This document shows, piece by piece, positions 46,350 through 56,766 of a stretch of DNA of 64,000 bases; within the stretch, counting starts at the first letter, position 1, and each line of letters opens with the position of its first letter. Below the pieces are notes generated by a model. The model saw only the letters and a program-made list of their open reading frames with translations, did no database searches and was not told where the DNA came from. The translations under genes were made by a program, and so were the position numbers. The stretch is from Clostridia bacterium (GTDB lineage Bacteria > Bacillota > Clostridia > Oscillospirales > CAG-382): contig JAFXDO010000066.1 in assembly GCA_017563195.1 (NCBI GenBank), positions 459 through 64,458 of the forward strand, written 5' to 3'.

Positions 46350-47204
46350 ATGTTTGGATACATACGTCCCGTAAAGGGCGAGCTTTACGTGAAGGACAGT
46401 GAGCTATATTCTGCCGTGTACTGCGGGCTTTGCAGATACGGCGGCAAAAACATATCGCACCTCACAAGATGGCTTTTGAATTACGATTTCGTTTTGCTGG
46501 CGCTTTTAAGAATGTCGCTGACAAACGAATCGGTTTGCATTGAAAAGAAAAGATGCCCGTACAAGCTGAGAAAAAAGGCTTGTGCCTGCGCCGACGACAG
46601 CTACGGCTTTGTTTGCTCAGCATTCGGGCTTTTGACCTATGGCAAGCTTTTGGATGACATCAACGACGAAAAGGGCGTAAAGCGCTTTTTCAAAAGGCTC
46701 GTTAAGCCGGTTTTCTCGCACATCAAGAAAAAGTCCGACACCTACGAAGGGCTGTGGGATATCGTTTCTGCGGGTTTGACGGCAACAGACGTAGCCGAAA
46801 AGGAGAGCTGTGCCTCGGTCGACAGAGCCGCCGACGGATTTGCGACGATGATGAAGAAGATAGCGTCATACGGACTCGAGGGCAACACAAGGCTTATTGC
46901 CGAGCAATGCGGCTACCACATAGGCAGATTTATTTATATTGCCGACGCGTTTGACGATATCGAAAGTGACAGCAAGAGCTGTAACTACAATCCCCTGCTG
47001 TTAAAATACGGCGACGTCGAAGGGGTTTTGAGTCATTCCAAAGAGATCTGCGAAACACTCTACGACAGTCTGAATGCATTTTCAAACCATTACGCGCTGG
47101 CTACCGACGCGGAGCTTACAGCAAACGACAGATTGATTTTTAACATTACCGAGCTTGGCGGACGCCAGACGGTAAGACGCATAACAGAAAGGAAAAGCAA
47201 ATGA
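46350..47204 (+). CDS. DUF5685-like protein (uncharacterised; family recalled from memory)
   Basis: 284 aa. [29 protein letters not shown]-terminus. Several further Cys. Its stop overlaps the next ATG (ATGA). Confidence 0.6.
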   Translation: MFGYIRPVKGELYVKDSELYSAVYCGLCRYGGKNISHLTRWLLNYDFVLLALLRMSLTNESVCIEKKRCPYKLRKKACACADDSYGFVCSAFGLLTYGKLLDDINDEKGVKRFFKRLVKPVFSHIKKKSDTYEGLWDIVSAGLTATDVAEKESCASVDRAADGFATMMKKIASYGLEGNTRLIAEQCGYHIGRFIYIADAFDDIESDSKSCNYNPLLLKYGDVEGVLSHSKEICETLYDSLNAFSNHYALATDAELTANDRLIFNITELGGRQTVRRITERKSK

Positions 47205-47824
47205 AGAATCCTTACGAGGTCCTTGGCGTTCACGAAAACGCCTCTGACGAGGAGATCAAAAAGGCATACAGAGCACTTGCCAAGAAATATCATCCCGACA
47301 GCTACGCAGACGACGCGTTGAGAGAACTTGCAACCGAAAAGATGAAGGAGATCAACAACGCGTACGATATGATCCAGAAGGAGCGTGCAAGCGGCGGAAG
47401 AAGCGGCGGAGCCTATTCCAACGCAGGCGGCTTCAACGGAAATCCGTACGGGAGCGGCGACACGGGATATTCGCGCATCCGACGTCTTATCAATCAGGGC
47501 AGGATCGACGAGGCGGAAACGCTTCTCAACGGCATTTCCGACAAAAACGGCGAATGGCATTTCCTTATGAGCCTTATATTTTACCGCAAGGGATGGATGC
47601 AGGACGCCCGCAACGAGATAAATCTCGCTTGCCAGATGGACCCCTACAATCAGGAATACAGAGCTTTTCAGCAAAGAATGAGCAGCGGCTCGTTTACAAG
47701 TCCTTATGCCGGCAGAAACGTTAATACTCAGGGCGGCTGCAGCGGCTGCGATATGTGCCAGGCTTTGCTTTGCGCCGACTGCTGCTGCGAGTGCATGGGC
47801 AGCGACTGCATAACCTGCTGCTGA
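47201..47824 (+). CDS. J-domain protein with Gly-rich linker, TPR-like segment and C-terminal cysteine string
   Basis: 207 aa. J domain NPYEVLGV...[14 protein letters not shown] (HPD present). The last 30 aa, [30 protein letters not shown], hold 12 Cys. Confidence 0.8.
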   Translation: MKNPYEVLGVHENASDEEIKKAYRALAKKYHPDSYADDALRELATEKMKEINNAYDMIQKERASGGRSGGAYSNAGGFNGNPYGSGDTGYSRIRRLINQGRIDEAETLLNGISDKNGEWHFLMSLIFYRKGWMQDARNEINLACQMDPYNQEYRAFQQRMSSGSFTSPYAGRNVNTQGGCSGCDMCQALLCADCCCECMGSDCITCC

Positions 47825-47825
47825 T

Positions 47826-48335
47826 ATGAAAAAGTACGGAAAGACGGCATTTGCCGGTATTTTCACGGCGTTATGCTTTATATTTCTCTTCATCGGCTCG
47901 CTGTTCCAAACCCTTGATCTGAGCGCCGCTGCGTTGGGAAGCATCGTGATCCTCATCGCTTACGTTGAATTGGGAACCGCATATTCTTTAGGAGTGTATC
48001 TCAGCGCGAGCATACTCTCGTTTCTTCTTTTGCCCTATAAATCAGCCGCGATCGTTTTCGCGTTCTTTGCGGGCTTCTACCCCGTTTTAAAGGTCACGCT
48101 CAACAAGATCAAGCCGCTACCGCTTTCGTATGCGGTACGCATATTATGCTTCAACGTATTTCTCACGCTTGCAATACTTGCTGCAACGTTCATCTTCCAC
48201 GTCGAGGCGGAATATCTCGTGTTTGAGATTATTTTGTACCTGCTCTGCAACGTCACCTTCGTGGTTTACGATCTTGCGCTCGAAAGAGTCGCGGTATACT
48301 ACGTAAATAAAATAAGGCCCAAGCTTTTTAAGTAG
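47826..48335 (+). CDS. Hypothetical polytopic membrane protein (~5 TM)
   Basis: 169 aa. Its ATG is 1 nt after the J-protein stop. Hydrophobic throughout. No family recognised. Confidence 0.55.
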   Translation: MKKYGKTAFAGIFTALCFIFLFIGSLFQTLDLSAAALGSIVILIAYVELGTAYSLGVYLSASILSFLLLPYKSAAIVFAFFAGFYPVLKVTLNKIKPLPLSYAVRILCFNVFLTLAILAATFIFHVEAEYLVFEIILYLLCNVTFVVYDLALERVAVYYVNKIRPKLFK

Positions 48336-48342
48336 CTTTCGG

Positions 48343-48371
48343 TTGACAAAATTAATTACCCGTGATATAAT
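48343..48371 (+). promoter_or_regulatory. Perfect-consensus sigma-A promoter for the yicC-to-pssA cluster
   Basis: TTGACA-N17-TATAAT with TGn (gTGaTATAAT), 29 nt upstream of the yicC ATG. Confidence 0.55.
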
Positions 48372-48399
48372 TATATGATATTTTTTTCGGAGGTCGTAC

Positions 48400-49278
48400 A
48401 TGATAAAAAGCATGACAGGCTACGGACGACACCGCGAGGTGATCGACGGCCGCGACATACTGTGCGAGGTAAAATCGGTGAACAGCCGTTACCTCGACAC
48501 CAACATCAAGCTCGGCAGGCTCTACAACGCGCTTGAGGAAAAGGTAAAGCAATACGCTTCCACGCGAGTTTCGCGAGGCAAGCTCGACATTTATATTTCG
48601 ATCGACAACATCTCGGGCGACGACAACGGGCTTTCGGTTAACGAAAAGTTCCTCGAAAGCTACGTTTCTCTGCTCCGTGATATAAAGGACAGATATTCGT
48701 TGGGCGGCGACGTTACCATCCAGACGGTAGCAGGAAGAAACGAGGTGTTCGTCACCACCCGTCCCGATGAGGACACCGAGGCGGCGGGCAAAGCGTTGCT
48801 CACGGTTATGGAAAAGGCGTTCGACGGATTCACCGCGATGCGCGAGGCCGAGGGCGAAAAGCTTGAGGCAGACCTGCTTTCTTATCTCGAGGTGCTCGAG
48901 GGCATTCGCGCTTCCATTGCAGAGCGCGCACCAATTTCCGTAAAAGAGAGCAACGAGAAAATGAAGCAGCGCATCAAGGAGCTTCTCGAGGGCGCAAGCT
49001 ACGACGAAGCACGCCTGCTTACCGAGTGTGCGGTTTTTGCCGACAAGGCGGATATCAGCGAGGAGCTCGCAAGGCTTGATTCTCATTTTTCGCAGTTCAG
49101 AAAGATACTCAAGGAAACCGTTCCCGTCGGCAGAAAGCTCGACTTCCTCGTTCAGGAGATGAACCGCGAGGTCAACACTATCGGATCCAAGTGTAACGAC
49201 GGTGAGATCGCAAGGCAGGTCATCGACGCAAAAAGCTACGTCGAAAAGATCCGCGAACAGATCCAGAACGTTGAATAG
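48400..49278 (+). CDS. yicC: YicC/YloC family endoribonuclease-like stress protein
   Basis: 292 aa. MIKSMTGYGR start and C-terminal EMNREVNTIGSK. Confidence 0.9.
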   Translation: MIKSMTGYGRHREVIDGRDILCEVKSVNSRYLDTNIKLGRLYNALEEKVKQYASTRVSRGKLDIYISIDNISGDDNGLSVNEKFLESYVSLLRDIKDRYSLGGDVTIQTVAGRNEVFVTTRPDEDTEAAGKALLTVMEKAFDGFTAMREAEGEKLEADLLSYLEVLEGIRASIAERAPISVKESNEKMKQRIKELLEGASYDEARLLTECAVFADKADISEELARLDSHFSQFRKILKETVPVGRKLDFLVQEMNREVNTIGSKCNDGEIARQVIDAKSYVEKIREQIQNVE

Positions 49279-49289
49279 GAGTAAGCGAT

Positions 49290-49523
49290 ATGAAGCTCAT
49301 TGACGCCGGCTTCGGCAACTACGTAAACTCCGACAGAATCATTTCTGTCGTTTCTCCCGACTCGCTTCCCGTGAGAAGACTTGTTCAGGATGCCAAAAAC
49401 GCAGGAAGAATGATCGACGTAAGCTGCGGCAAGAAGACCAAATCGGTGCTTATTACCGACAGTGACCATATAATTTGCTCGGCAAGCGAGCCCGATGAGA
49501 TCATCAGATCCATCACCGAATAA
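49290..49523 (+). CDS. remA: RemA (DUF370) family regulator
   Basis: 77 aa. I.AGFGN.V...RIISVVSPDS.P..R. Confidence 0.85.
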   Translation: MKLIDAGFGNYVNSDRIISVVSPDSLPVRRLVQDAKNAGRMIDVSCGKKTKSVLITDSDHIICSASEPDEIIRSITE

Positions 49524-49561
49524 CAGTTTAAAATTATCAAAATAAAGAGGTAAATCGCATT

Positions 49562-49825
49562 ATGATGCTCTATCCCACCGTTGCAGACCTTACCAACGAC
49601 AAGACCAACCGTTACAGACTCGTTATCGCGACCGCTAAATGCGCTCGCCACCTTATCGACAAGGCTAACGACGAGCACGAGCTCGAAGAAAGCCGCAAGC
49701 TTGAGGGCGATCGCTACGTTAAGGACACCAAGAGCGATTACGAGCTTCTTCTTACCGAAAAGCCGGTATCGGTAGCGGTACAGAAGCTTTACGAAGGCAA
49801 ATACAGCATTATCGAAAGCGAATAA
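49562..49825 (+). CDS. rpoZ: DNA-directed RNA polymerase subunit omega
   Basis: 87 aa. MLYPTVADLTNDKTNRYRLVIATAKCARHL. Confidence 0.85.
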   Translation: MMLYPTVADLTNDKTNRYRLVIATAKCARHLIDKANDEHELEESRKLEGDRYVKDTKSDYELLLTEKPVSVAVQKLYEGKYSIIESE

Positions 49826-52293
49826 TGGAAAAATCCTATGCGTTCGTCCGCATAATCGACATCAATTTCGGCATAGACAAGGAATACTGCTATCACGTTC
49901 CCTATGAAATGCGCGACAGCGTCAGGGTCGGCTCCGTTGTCGTTGTGCCGTTCGGGTTTTCGAACAGAAAGCTCAGCGCAGTGATAGTCCGCTTTGAGGA
50001 CGACAGCGACATTCCGAGGATCAAGAACGTTGACAGCGTGATGCAATATCCGTTTGACGTCCCCGAGGACCTTATCAAGACCTGCGAGTTCATGAAGGAG
50101 CGCTTCTTCTGCACCTTCGGAAGCGCATTCAGAACCGTTATTCCTCCCGGAGTAAATCTCGACACCGAGGTTTATTACACGGTGGTCGAGGAATACGACT
50201 CAAGCAAGCTCAACGAGCCTGCCGAGTTTCTTGTACGCGAAATACGTCTCAAGGGCTCTATGACCGAACGAGAGATAGTCGGTGAATTCGGCGACGAATG
50301 CAAAATACTTTTGAAATCACTCTGCAGGATAAACGCGCTCAAGCGCGAAAGCAGAGTTATTGAAAAGATAAACGAAAAGAATCTGTACACCTATACCCTC
50401 ACCGTCACTGACGAGGAGGCGGAGGAAATAGCCGAAAACGGCTCGGGGCTTACCGAAAAGCAAAGAGAGCTTATACGCCTGCTTATCAACTATCCCGCCG
50501 CAACCATGCGCGAGATCGAGGAGATAGGCGGCTTTTCCGCGGCGATCGTCAACGCAGTCGTAAAGAAGGGCTACGTTGCGAAGCGCGAGACCTCGTTCTT
50601 CCGCGAGGCATACAGCTTCAAGGACGTACCTCCCGAGGGTGAATATCAGATATCCGACGAGCAAAGGACCGCCTTGGACGGCATTGCCGAGCTTCTTGAC
50701 AGCAACTGTGCCAAGGGTGCATTGCTGTTCGGAGTAACCGGAAGCGGAAAGACGAGAGTTTTGACCGAGGCTGCAAAGAAGGTGGTTTCGAGCGGAAAGC
50801 AGGTCATAATCCTTCTTCCCGAGATAGGACTCGCGTCGCAAGCAGTAAAGGCATATGCCGCAGCATTCGGCAGCCGACTCGCAGTCATACATTCGATGCT
50901 TTCGGTCGGCGAGCGCACAGACACCTACCGCAGGATACAGTCCGGCGAGATCGACGTTATCATCGGCACCAGAAGTGCGGTTTTTGCTCCCTGCCCGAGG
51001 CTCGGTATGATAGCCGTTGACGAGGAGCAGGCGCACACCTACAAAAGCGAGATGCAGCCGAAGTACAACGCGGTCGACGTTGCACGGTTCCGTTGCACCG
51101 TCTCAAACGCGTTAATGCTGCTCGCGTCGGCAACACCATCGGTGGAAAGCTTTTACAAGGCAAAAAAGGGGATCTATTCCCTATTCACGTTAAAGAACAG
51201 ATTCGGCGGCGCAGAGCTTCCCGAGGTCATCATCGAGGATATGCGCGACGACGCGATACTGTTTTCCGATAAGCTAATCGGCACGCGTCTTTCAAGCGAG
51301 CTTAAATTTGCAAAGGACAATGACAAGCAGGCATTGCTGTTCGTCAACCGCAGAGGTTATAATTCACACATATCCTGCAGGGAATGCGGATTCGTATTCA
51401 CCTGCCCGAATTGCTCGGTTTCACTTACTCATCACGCTTACGAGGGCAACTCATTAAGGGTCAAGCGTATGTCCTGCCACTATTGCGGGTATACCGCAAG
51501 GCTTCCCGAGATATGTCCCACCTGCGGAGGAAACAAGATCGTTTATTCGGGCTTCGGAACGCAAAAGCTCCAAAGCGAGCTTGAAAGCGATTTTCCCGAA
51601 CTCAAGCTTACGAGAATGGACTCCGACACGACCGGCGGCAAGTTCTCGCACGACAAGCTTATAGATGAATTCGCGAGCGGCGAGACCGATGTTCTTATCG
51701 GAACGCAAATGATATCAAAGGGGCTCGACTTCCCCAACGTTACGCTTGCAGGTGCAGTCAGCGTCGACAGCTCGCTGTATATGGATGATTTCCGTGCAGG
51801 CGAGCGAACGTTCTCGCTTATAACCCAGCTTGTCGGTCGAGCAGGACGCGCGGGCAAGGGCGGCAAGGCGATATTGCAGACCTATAACCCCGACAACGAA
51901 ACGCTTCAGCTTGCGGCAACGCAGGATTACGAAAGCTTTTACGAAAGCGAGATACGTCTGCGGAAGGCGGTGCTTTTCCCACCCTTCTGCTCTGTCGCGG
52001 TGTTCGGCTTCACGTCGGCATCCGAAAACGACTGTGACGTATATTCGCACAAATTCGAGGCGATGCTCCTTTCGCTCTACGAGCAGGGCTACAAGGACAT
52101 CAAGATAATCAAATACGGACCGCATAAAAGCGGTATATATAAGATAATGGGCAAGTACCGTCAGCGCATGATAATCAAGTACAAGGACTGTGCGCGCACG
52201 CGTGAGTTTCTCGCAAAGCTATATGCAGAGGGGCTTGCCTCCGCGCCAAAGAGCGTTAAGCTCGAGCTCGACGCGAATCCCACTCTGATTTAG
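49825..52293 (+). CDS. priA: Primosomal protein N' (replication restart helicase)
   Basis: 822 aa. Walker A GVTGSGKT, VDEEQ, and Cys cluster CRECGFVFTCPNCSVSLTHH...CHYCG...CPTCG. Confidence 0.95.
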   Translation: MEKSYAFVRIIDINFGIDKEYCYHVPYEMRDSVRVGSVVVVPFGFSNRKLSAVIVRFEDDSDIPRIKNVDSVMQYPFDVPEDLIKTCEFMKERFFCTFGSAFRTVIPPGVNLDTEVYYTVVEEYDSSKLNEPAEFLVREIRLKGSMTEREIVGEFGDECKILLKSLCRINALKRESRVIEKINEKNLYTYTLTVTDEEAEEIAENGSGLTEKQRELIRLLINYPAATMREIEEIGGFSAAIVNAVVKKGYVAKRETSFFREAYSFKDVPPEGEYQISDEQRTALDGIAELLDSNCAKGALLFGVTGSGKTRVLTEAAKKVVSSGKQVIILLPEIGLASQAVKAYAAAFGSRLAVIHSMLSVGERTDTYRRIQSGEIDVIIGTRSAVFAPCPRLGMIAVDEEQAHTYKSEMQPKYNAVDVARFRCTVSNALMLLASATPSVESFYKAKKGIYSLFTLKNRFGGAELPEVIIEDMRDDAILFSDKLIGTRLSSELKFAKDNDKQALLFVNRRGYNSHISCRECGFVFTCPNCSVSLTHHAYEGNSLRVKRMSCHYCGYTARLPEICPTCGGNKIVYSGFGTQKLQSELESDFPELKLTRMDSDTTGGKFSHDKLIDEFASGETDVLIGTQMISKGLDFPNVTLAGAVSVDSSLYMDDFRAGERTFSLITQLVGRAGRAGKGGKAILQTYNPDNETLQLAATQDYESFYESEIRLRKAVLFPPFCSVAVFGFTSASENDCDVYSHKFEAMLLSLYEQGYKDIKIIKYGPHKSGIYKIMGKYRQRMIIKYKDCARTREFLAKLYAEGLASAPKSVKLELDANPTLI

Positions 52294-52303
52294 GAGGAGA
52301 ACA

Positions 52304-52777
52304 ATGGCTATTCTCAATATTTTGAAGGAGGGCGACCCTACGCTCCGCAAAAAGTGCAGACCCGTAGAGGAGATCACCCCCAGGATCCTTCAGCTTCTCG
52401 ACGATATGCACGATACTCTTGCGGTTGCGCAGGGTGTTGGTCTTGCGGCGCCTCAGGTAGGCGTGCTTCGCAGAATCGTTATTGTCGAGATAGACGATAA
52501 AAAATACGAAATGATAAACCCCGAGATCATCGAAACCAAGGGCAAGCAGGAGGAAATCGAGGCTTGTCTTTCGGTGCCCGATCAGTACGGACTAGTAAAG
52601 CGCCCCGCATGGGTAAAGGTCCGCGCGATGGACAGATACGGCAAGATCTTCGAGGCTGAGGGAACCGGACTTATGGCAAGATGCTTCTGCCACGAGCTCG
52701 ACCATCTCGACGGCACGCTTTATATAGACAGAGCGATCGAAATGTACGGACCCGACGATATCGAGGACGCAAAATGA
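52304..52777 (+). CDS. def: Peptide deformylase
   Basis: 157 aa. GVGLAAPQ, EACLSVP and HELDHL motifs. Confidence 0.95.
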   Translation: MAILNILKEGDPTLRKKCRPVEEITPRILQLLDDMHDTLAVAQGVGLAAPQVGVLRRIVIVEIDDKKYEMINPEIIETKGKQEEIEACLSVPDQYGLVKRPAWVKVRAMDRYGKIFEAEGTGLMARCFCHELDHLDGTLYIDRAIEMYGPDDIEDAK

Positions 52778-53697
52778 GAGTAGTATTTATGGGCACGCCC
52801 GATTTCGCCGTATCCTCGCTCGAGGCATTGTGCGAATACGGCGTCGACGTTGCACTTGTAGTTACACAGCCCGACCGTCCCAAGGGACGCGGCTACACGC
52901 TTACCCCCTCACCCGTAAAAAAATATGCGCTCGAAAAAGGCATCGAGGTCATTGCGCCGCAGACCCTCAAGGATGAGGAAGTTATCGCAAAGCTTGAAAG
53001 CGTAAATGCCGATATGTTCATAGTAACCGCATACGGTCGCATTCTTTCTCAGCGCATACTCGATATGCCGAGGCTCGGCTGCTTCAACGTGCACGCATCG
53101 TTGCTTCCCTTTTTGAGAGGTGCGGCGCCTATCAATCGCGCAATCATGAACGGTGACACGCTCGGCGGCGTCACGGTAATGTATATGGCAAGCGGTGTTG
53201 ATACCGGTGATATGGTGCTTACTCGCACCGTCGTGATAGAGGACGAATGGTGCGCAGGCGAGTATCACGACGCACTTGCGGCGATCAGCAAGGATGCGCT
53301 CAAGGAGTTTTTATCGCTTGCGGAAAGCGGCAATATCCCCCGCACTCCGCAGGACCACGATATAGCGACCCACGCCGCAAAGATCGGAAACGAGGATGCA
53401 TATCTTACCTTTAACGAAAGTGCGGAATGCGTAAGAAACAGAATCAGAGGTCTTTCTCCCTTCCCCGGTGCGTTTTTCTTCCTTAACGGCAAGCGCATCA
53501 AGGCAAGAAGAGCAATACTCGGTAACAAAAGCGGAGAATACGGCACGGTCGTATCCACCAATCAGGGTATCGAGATCGCCTGCTCGGAGGGAAGCGTTAT
53601 AATCACCGAGCTTTGCCCTGAGGGCAAGGGCGTATGTGATGCCGCGAGCTATCTGCGCGGCAATAAAATCGAAATCGGAACGAAGGTAAATGGATAA
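52774..53697 (+). CDS. fmt: Methionyl-tRNA formyltransferase
   Basis: Trimmed to MRVVFMGTPDFAV (its ATG overlaps the def TGA). HASLLPFLRGAAPI motif. Confidence 0.95.
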   Translation: MRVVFMGTPDFAVSSLEALCEYGVDVALVVTQPDRPKGRGYTLTPSPVKKYALEKGIEVIAPQTLKDEEVIAKLESVNADMFIVTAYGRILSQRILDMPRLGCFNVHASLLPFLRGAAPINRAIMNGDTLGGVTVMYMASGVDTGDMVLTRTVVIEDEWCAGEYHDALAAISKDALKEFLSLAESGNIPRTPQDHDIATHAAKIGNEDAYLTFNESAECVRNRIRGLSPFPGAFFFLNGKRIKARRAILGNKSGEYGTVVSTNQGIEIACSEGSVIITELCPEGKGVCDAASYLRGNKIEIGTKVNG

Positions 53698-54916
53698 AGC
53701 AAGACTTGCCGCTTTCAAAGCGTTCAAGCGCATCTGGGACGGCGCCTATTCCAATTTAATAGCGATAGGCGACGGGCTTACCGGTATTGATCGAGCTTTT
53801 GCGGTAAGCATTGCCATCGGTACGCTCGAGCGAGCCGTTACCTTGGAGCATATTCTTGCGAGCTCGCTGAAGAAGGATACCAAATCGGATGTTTTGTGTC
53901 TTTTAATGACCGGACTTTATCAGATCCTTTATATGGACCGAGTGCCCGACAGTGCGGCTTGCGACGAAACGGTCACGATCGCAAAAACGCTGTTCGGTGC
54001 AAAAAACGGTGGCTTTGTTAACGCAGTGCTTCGCGGGATCTGCAGAAGCAAGGAAGCTGTCATCACGTCTGTTGATTCGCTCGAGCCCCACGTCAGATTC
54101 TCGGCAAACAAGGAGCTGTACGAGCTTCTCGAGAGTCAGTACGGCAAAGATACCGAGGCGATTTTCAATGCATTTTTCGGCAAGACGGAAACGTTTTTAA
54201 GGGTCAACCCCCTCAAAAGCAACGCCAACGAGGTTGCAAAGCAATTAAACGGCGTTGTTATAAACGACTCTTGCGTATCGGTTTCTGCTGCAAGCGATGC
54301 TGTCAAATATATCGACGACGGAAATTACTATATCCAAGGACTCGCTTCGCAAAAGGCGGTGCGTCTGCTTGATGCAAGTCGTGGTCAAACGGTAATCGAC
54401 GTCTGTGCCTGCCCCGGCGGAAAAAGCCTCGGCGCGGCGCTCGATATGAATAACGAAGGAACGATCTATTCGTTCGACATACACAAAAACAAGCTTCCTC
54501 TTATTGAAAAGAGTTCAAAAAAGCTTGGCATTTCGATAATTTCAACCGACGTGCAGGATGCGCGTGTTGCAAGAAAAGAGCTTATCGGCTCAGCAGACAG
54601 AGTAATTTGCGACGTTCCCTGCAGCGGAACCGGCGTTATGGGCAGCAAGCCCGAGATAAAGTACAAATCCCCTTCCGACTTTTCGAGGCTTTACGAAACT
54701 CAGAGAGAGATAATTCGCTCTGCGGCTACATATCTCAAGCCCGACGGGATTATGGTATACTCGACCTGTTCGATCAACAAGCTCGAAAACGAAGATAACG
54801 TACACGCATTTCTTAAGGATTGCAAAGGCTTTAAGCTGATCCGCGAGGAAACCTGCCTACCCTTCAATTCCGAAAAGGAAGGCTTCTATATGGCAAAAAT
54901 CAAACGGGAGTATTAA
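53690..54916 (+). CDS. rsmB: 16S rRNA (cytosine967-C5)-methyltransferase
   Basis: 408 aa. NusB-like N-domain. DVCACPGGKS, DVPCSGTG and YSTCS motifs. Confidence 0.9.
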   Translation: MDKARLAAFKAFKRIWDGAYSNLIAIGDGLTGIDRAFAVSIAIGTLERAVTLEHILASSLKKDTKSDVLCLLMTGLYQILYMDRVPDSAACDETVTIAKTLFGAKNGGFVNAVLRGICRSKEAVITSVDSLEPHVRFSANKELYELLESQYGKDTEAIFNAFFGKTETFLRVNPLKSNANEVAKQLNGVVINDSCVSVSAASDAVKYIDDGNYYIQGLASQKAVRLLDASRGQTVIDVCACPGGKSLGAALDMNNEGTIYSFDIHKNKLPLIEKSSKKLGISIISTDVQDARVARKELIGSADRVICDVPCSGTGVMGSKPEIKYKSPSDFSRLYETQREIIRSAATYLKPDGIMVYSTCSINKLENEDNVHAFLKDCKGFKLIREETCLPFNSEKEGFYMAKIKREY

Positions 54917-54919
54917 TCA

Positions 54920-55951
54920 ATGAGATCCGACCTGCTTTCAATGTTCCCCGAGGAATTGAGCGAGCTTTGCGTATCGCTCGGGCAGCCCAAATACAGGGGA
55001 AAGCAGATATTCGAAGGGCTTTACAAGGGGAAACGCGAGCTTTCGGAGTTCACTTCCCTGCCAAAGGCTTTCCGCGACAGCTTAGAGGAAAACGCGTTTA
55101 TCCCCACAGCCGATATAAAGCGCAAGCTTGTGTCGAAGATAGACGGTACAGTTAAATATTTATACGAGCTTCACGACGGAAACACCGTCGAAAGCGTGTT
55201 TATGAGATATCATCACGGCAACACGATGTGCATTTCGACACAGGTCGGATGCCGTATGGGCTGCGCGTTCTGTGCAAGCACCAAGGCGGGTCTCGTACGG
55301 TCGCTGATGCCGTCGGAAATGCTTTTGCAGATTCTTGAGGCTGAACGCGATCTGGGAGAACGTGTTTCAAACATAGTCCTTATGGGCATGGGCGAGCCGC
55401 TTGATAATTACGACAACGTTATCAAGTTTTTGAAGCTTGTGAACCACGAAGGCGGATTAAACATCGGACTTAGGCATATATCGCTCTCTACCTGCGGACT
55501 TGTCGACAAGATCGACAGACTCGCGGACGAGGGGCTTCCCGTAACGCTTTCGATATCGCTTCACGCGCCGAACGATGAAATCCGCAGGCAAACGATGCCG
55601 ATCGCAAATAAATGGAGCATAAAGCAGCTTCTCGATGCCTGCAGACGTTATACCGACAAAACGAGCAGAAGGATCTCCTTCGAGTATGCGCTCATTGCCG
55701 GCGTAAACGACTCACGCGAAAACGCGCACGAGCTCGGACGTCTGCTTACGGGGATGCTTTGCCACGTAAATCTTATACCGGTCAATCCCATCAAGGAAAA
55801 AAACTTCCAAAGAAGCGAAAAAAATGCCATAAAGGTATTTACAGAAACGGTAGAAACATATAAAATAAGTGCAACGGTCAGACGCAGGCTCGGCTCGGAC
55901 ATTAACGCGTCATGCGGTCAGCTTCGCGCGTCGGACCTTGAAGAAGGTTAA
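54920..55951 (+). CDS. rlmN: 23S rRNA/tRNA (adenine-C2)-methyltransferase, radical SAM
   Basis: 343 aa. CRMGCAFCAS cluster and GMGEPLDN. Confidence 0.95.
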   Translation: MRSDLLSMFPEELSELCVSLGQPKYRGKQIFEGLYKGKRELSEFTSLPKAFRDSLEENAFIPTADIKRKLVSKIDGTVKYLYELHDGNTVESVFMRYHHGNTMCISTQVGCRMGCAFCASTKAGLVRSLMPSEMLLQILEAERDLGERVSNIVLMGMGEPLDNYDNVIKFLKLVNHEGGLNIGLRHISLSTCGLVDKIDRLADEGLPVTLSISLHAPNDEIRRQTMPIANKWSIKQLLDACRRYTDKTSRRISFEYALIAGVNDSRENAHELGRLLTGMLCHVNLIPVNPIKEKNFQRSEKNAIKVFTETVETYKISATVRRRLGSDINASCGQLRASDLEEG

Positions 55952-55972
55952 ATCACGAAAGGAGAAACGGCT

Positions 55973-56725
55973 TTGAAATACGGCGGAAAAACGGACGTCG
56001 GCAAAAAACGCAAGAACAACCAGGACAGCTATGCCGTCTTCTCCAAGGACGGATACTTCTGCGCAGTCGTCTGTGACGGTATGGGCGGAGCAAAGGGCGG
56101 AAACGTCGCAAGCGGACTTGCGGTAAAGACCTTTGCTACCGTGATCAAAAAAGCGTTTTCAAACGAGAATGCAGACAATTTCAACGAAACTGCAATAAGG
56201 ATGCTGTTAAAGGACGCGCTTGATGCGGCAAACGACGCCGTTTACAGAAAGTCGCTGACCGACCCGGAGCTTGAGGGTATGGGCACCACACTTGTGGCGG
56301 CGCTGGTCTGTCTCTGCGGCACGTATGCCGTAAACGTCGGCGACAGCAGGCTTTACCGACAGATCGACAGCACGGTCGAGCAGATATCCAAGGACCATTC
56401 CTTTGTTCAGTATCTGATCGAAAAGGGCGAAATCAAGCCCGAGGAAGCTGCGAATCACCCAAAGAAGAACATTATTCTTCGCGCGTTGGGCGTTAACGAG
56501 CACGTTGACGGCGATTATTACAGAATCGACAGCTATCACAGGATCCTGCTTTGCTCCGACGGGCTTACGAATCACGTGAGCGACGCACGCATAGGCGAGA
56601 TAATGTCCGGATCTTATATAGCCAAGCCTCCATCCTACAAGGTTCGCGTAGAGCGTCTGGTAACAGAGGCAAACGAGGGCGGAGGACTTGACAACATTAC
56701 AGCGGTATTATTCGGCGGAGAATAA
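55973..56725 (+). CDS. stp: PP2C-family Ser/Thr phosphatase (Stp/PrpC)
   Basis: 250 aa. TTG start 8 nt after GGAG. GKKRKNNQD, VCDGMGG and LLCSDGL motifs. Confidence 0.9.
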   Translation: MKYGGKTDVGKKRKNNQDSYAVFSKDGYFCAVVCDGMGGAKGGNVASGLAVKTFATVIKKAFSNENADNFNETAIRMLLKDALDAANDAVYRKSLTDPELEGMGTTLVAALVCLCGTYAVNVGDSRLYRQIDSTVEQISKDHSFVQYLIEKGEIKPEEAANHPKKNIILRALGVNEHVDGDYYRIDSYHRILLCSDGLTNHVSDARIGEIMSGSYIAKPPSYKVRVERLVTEANEGGGLDNITAVLFGGE

Positions 56726-56766
56726 GCGCCGCACCGCTTGTATATGAAATGAAAGGATAACCAACC

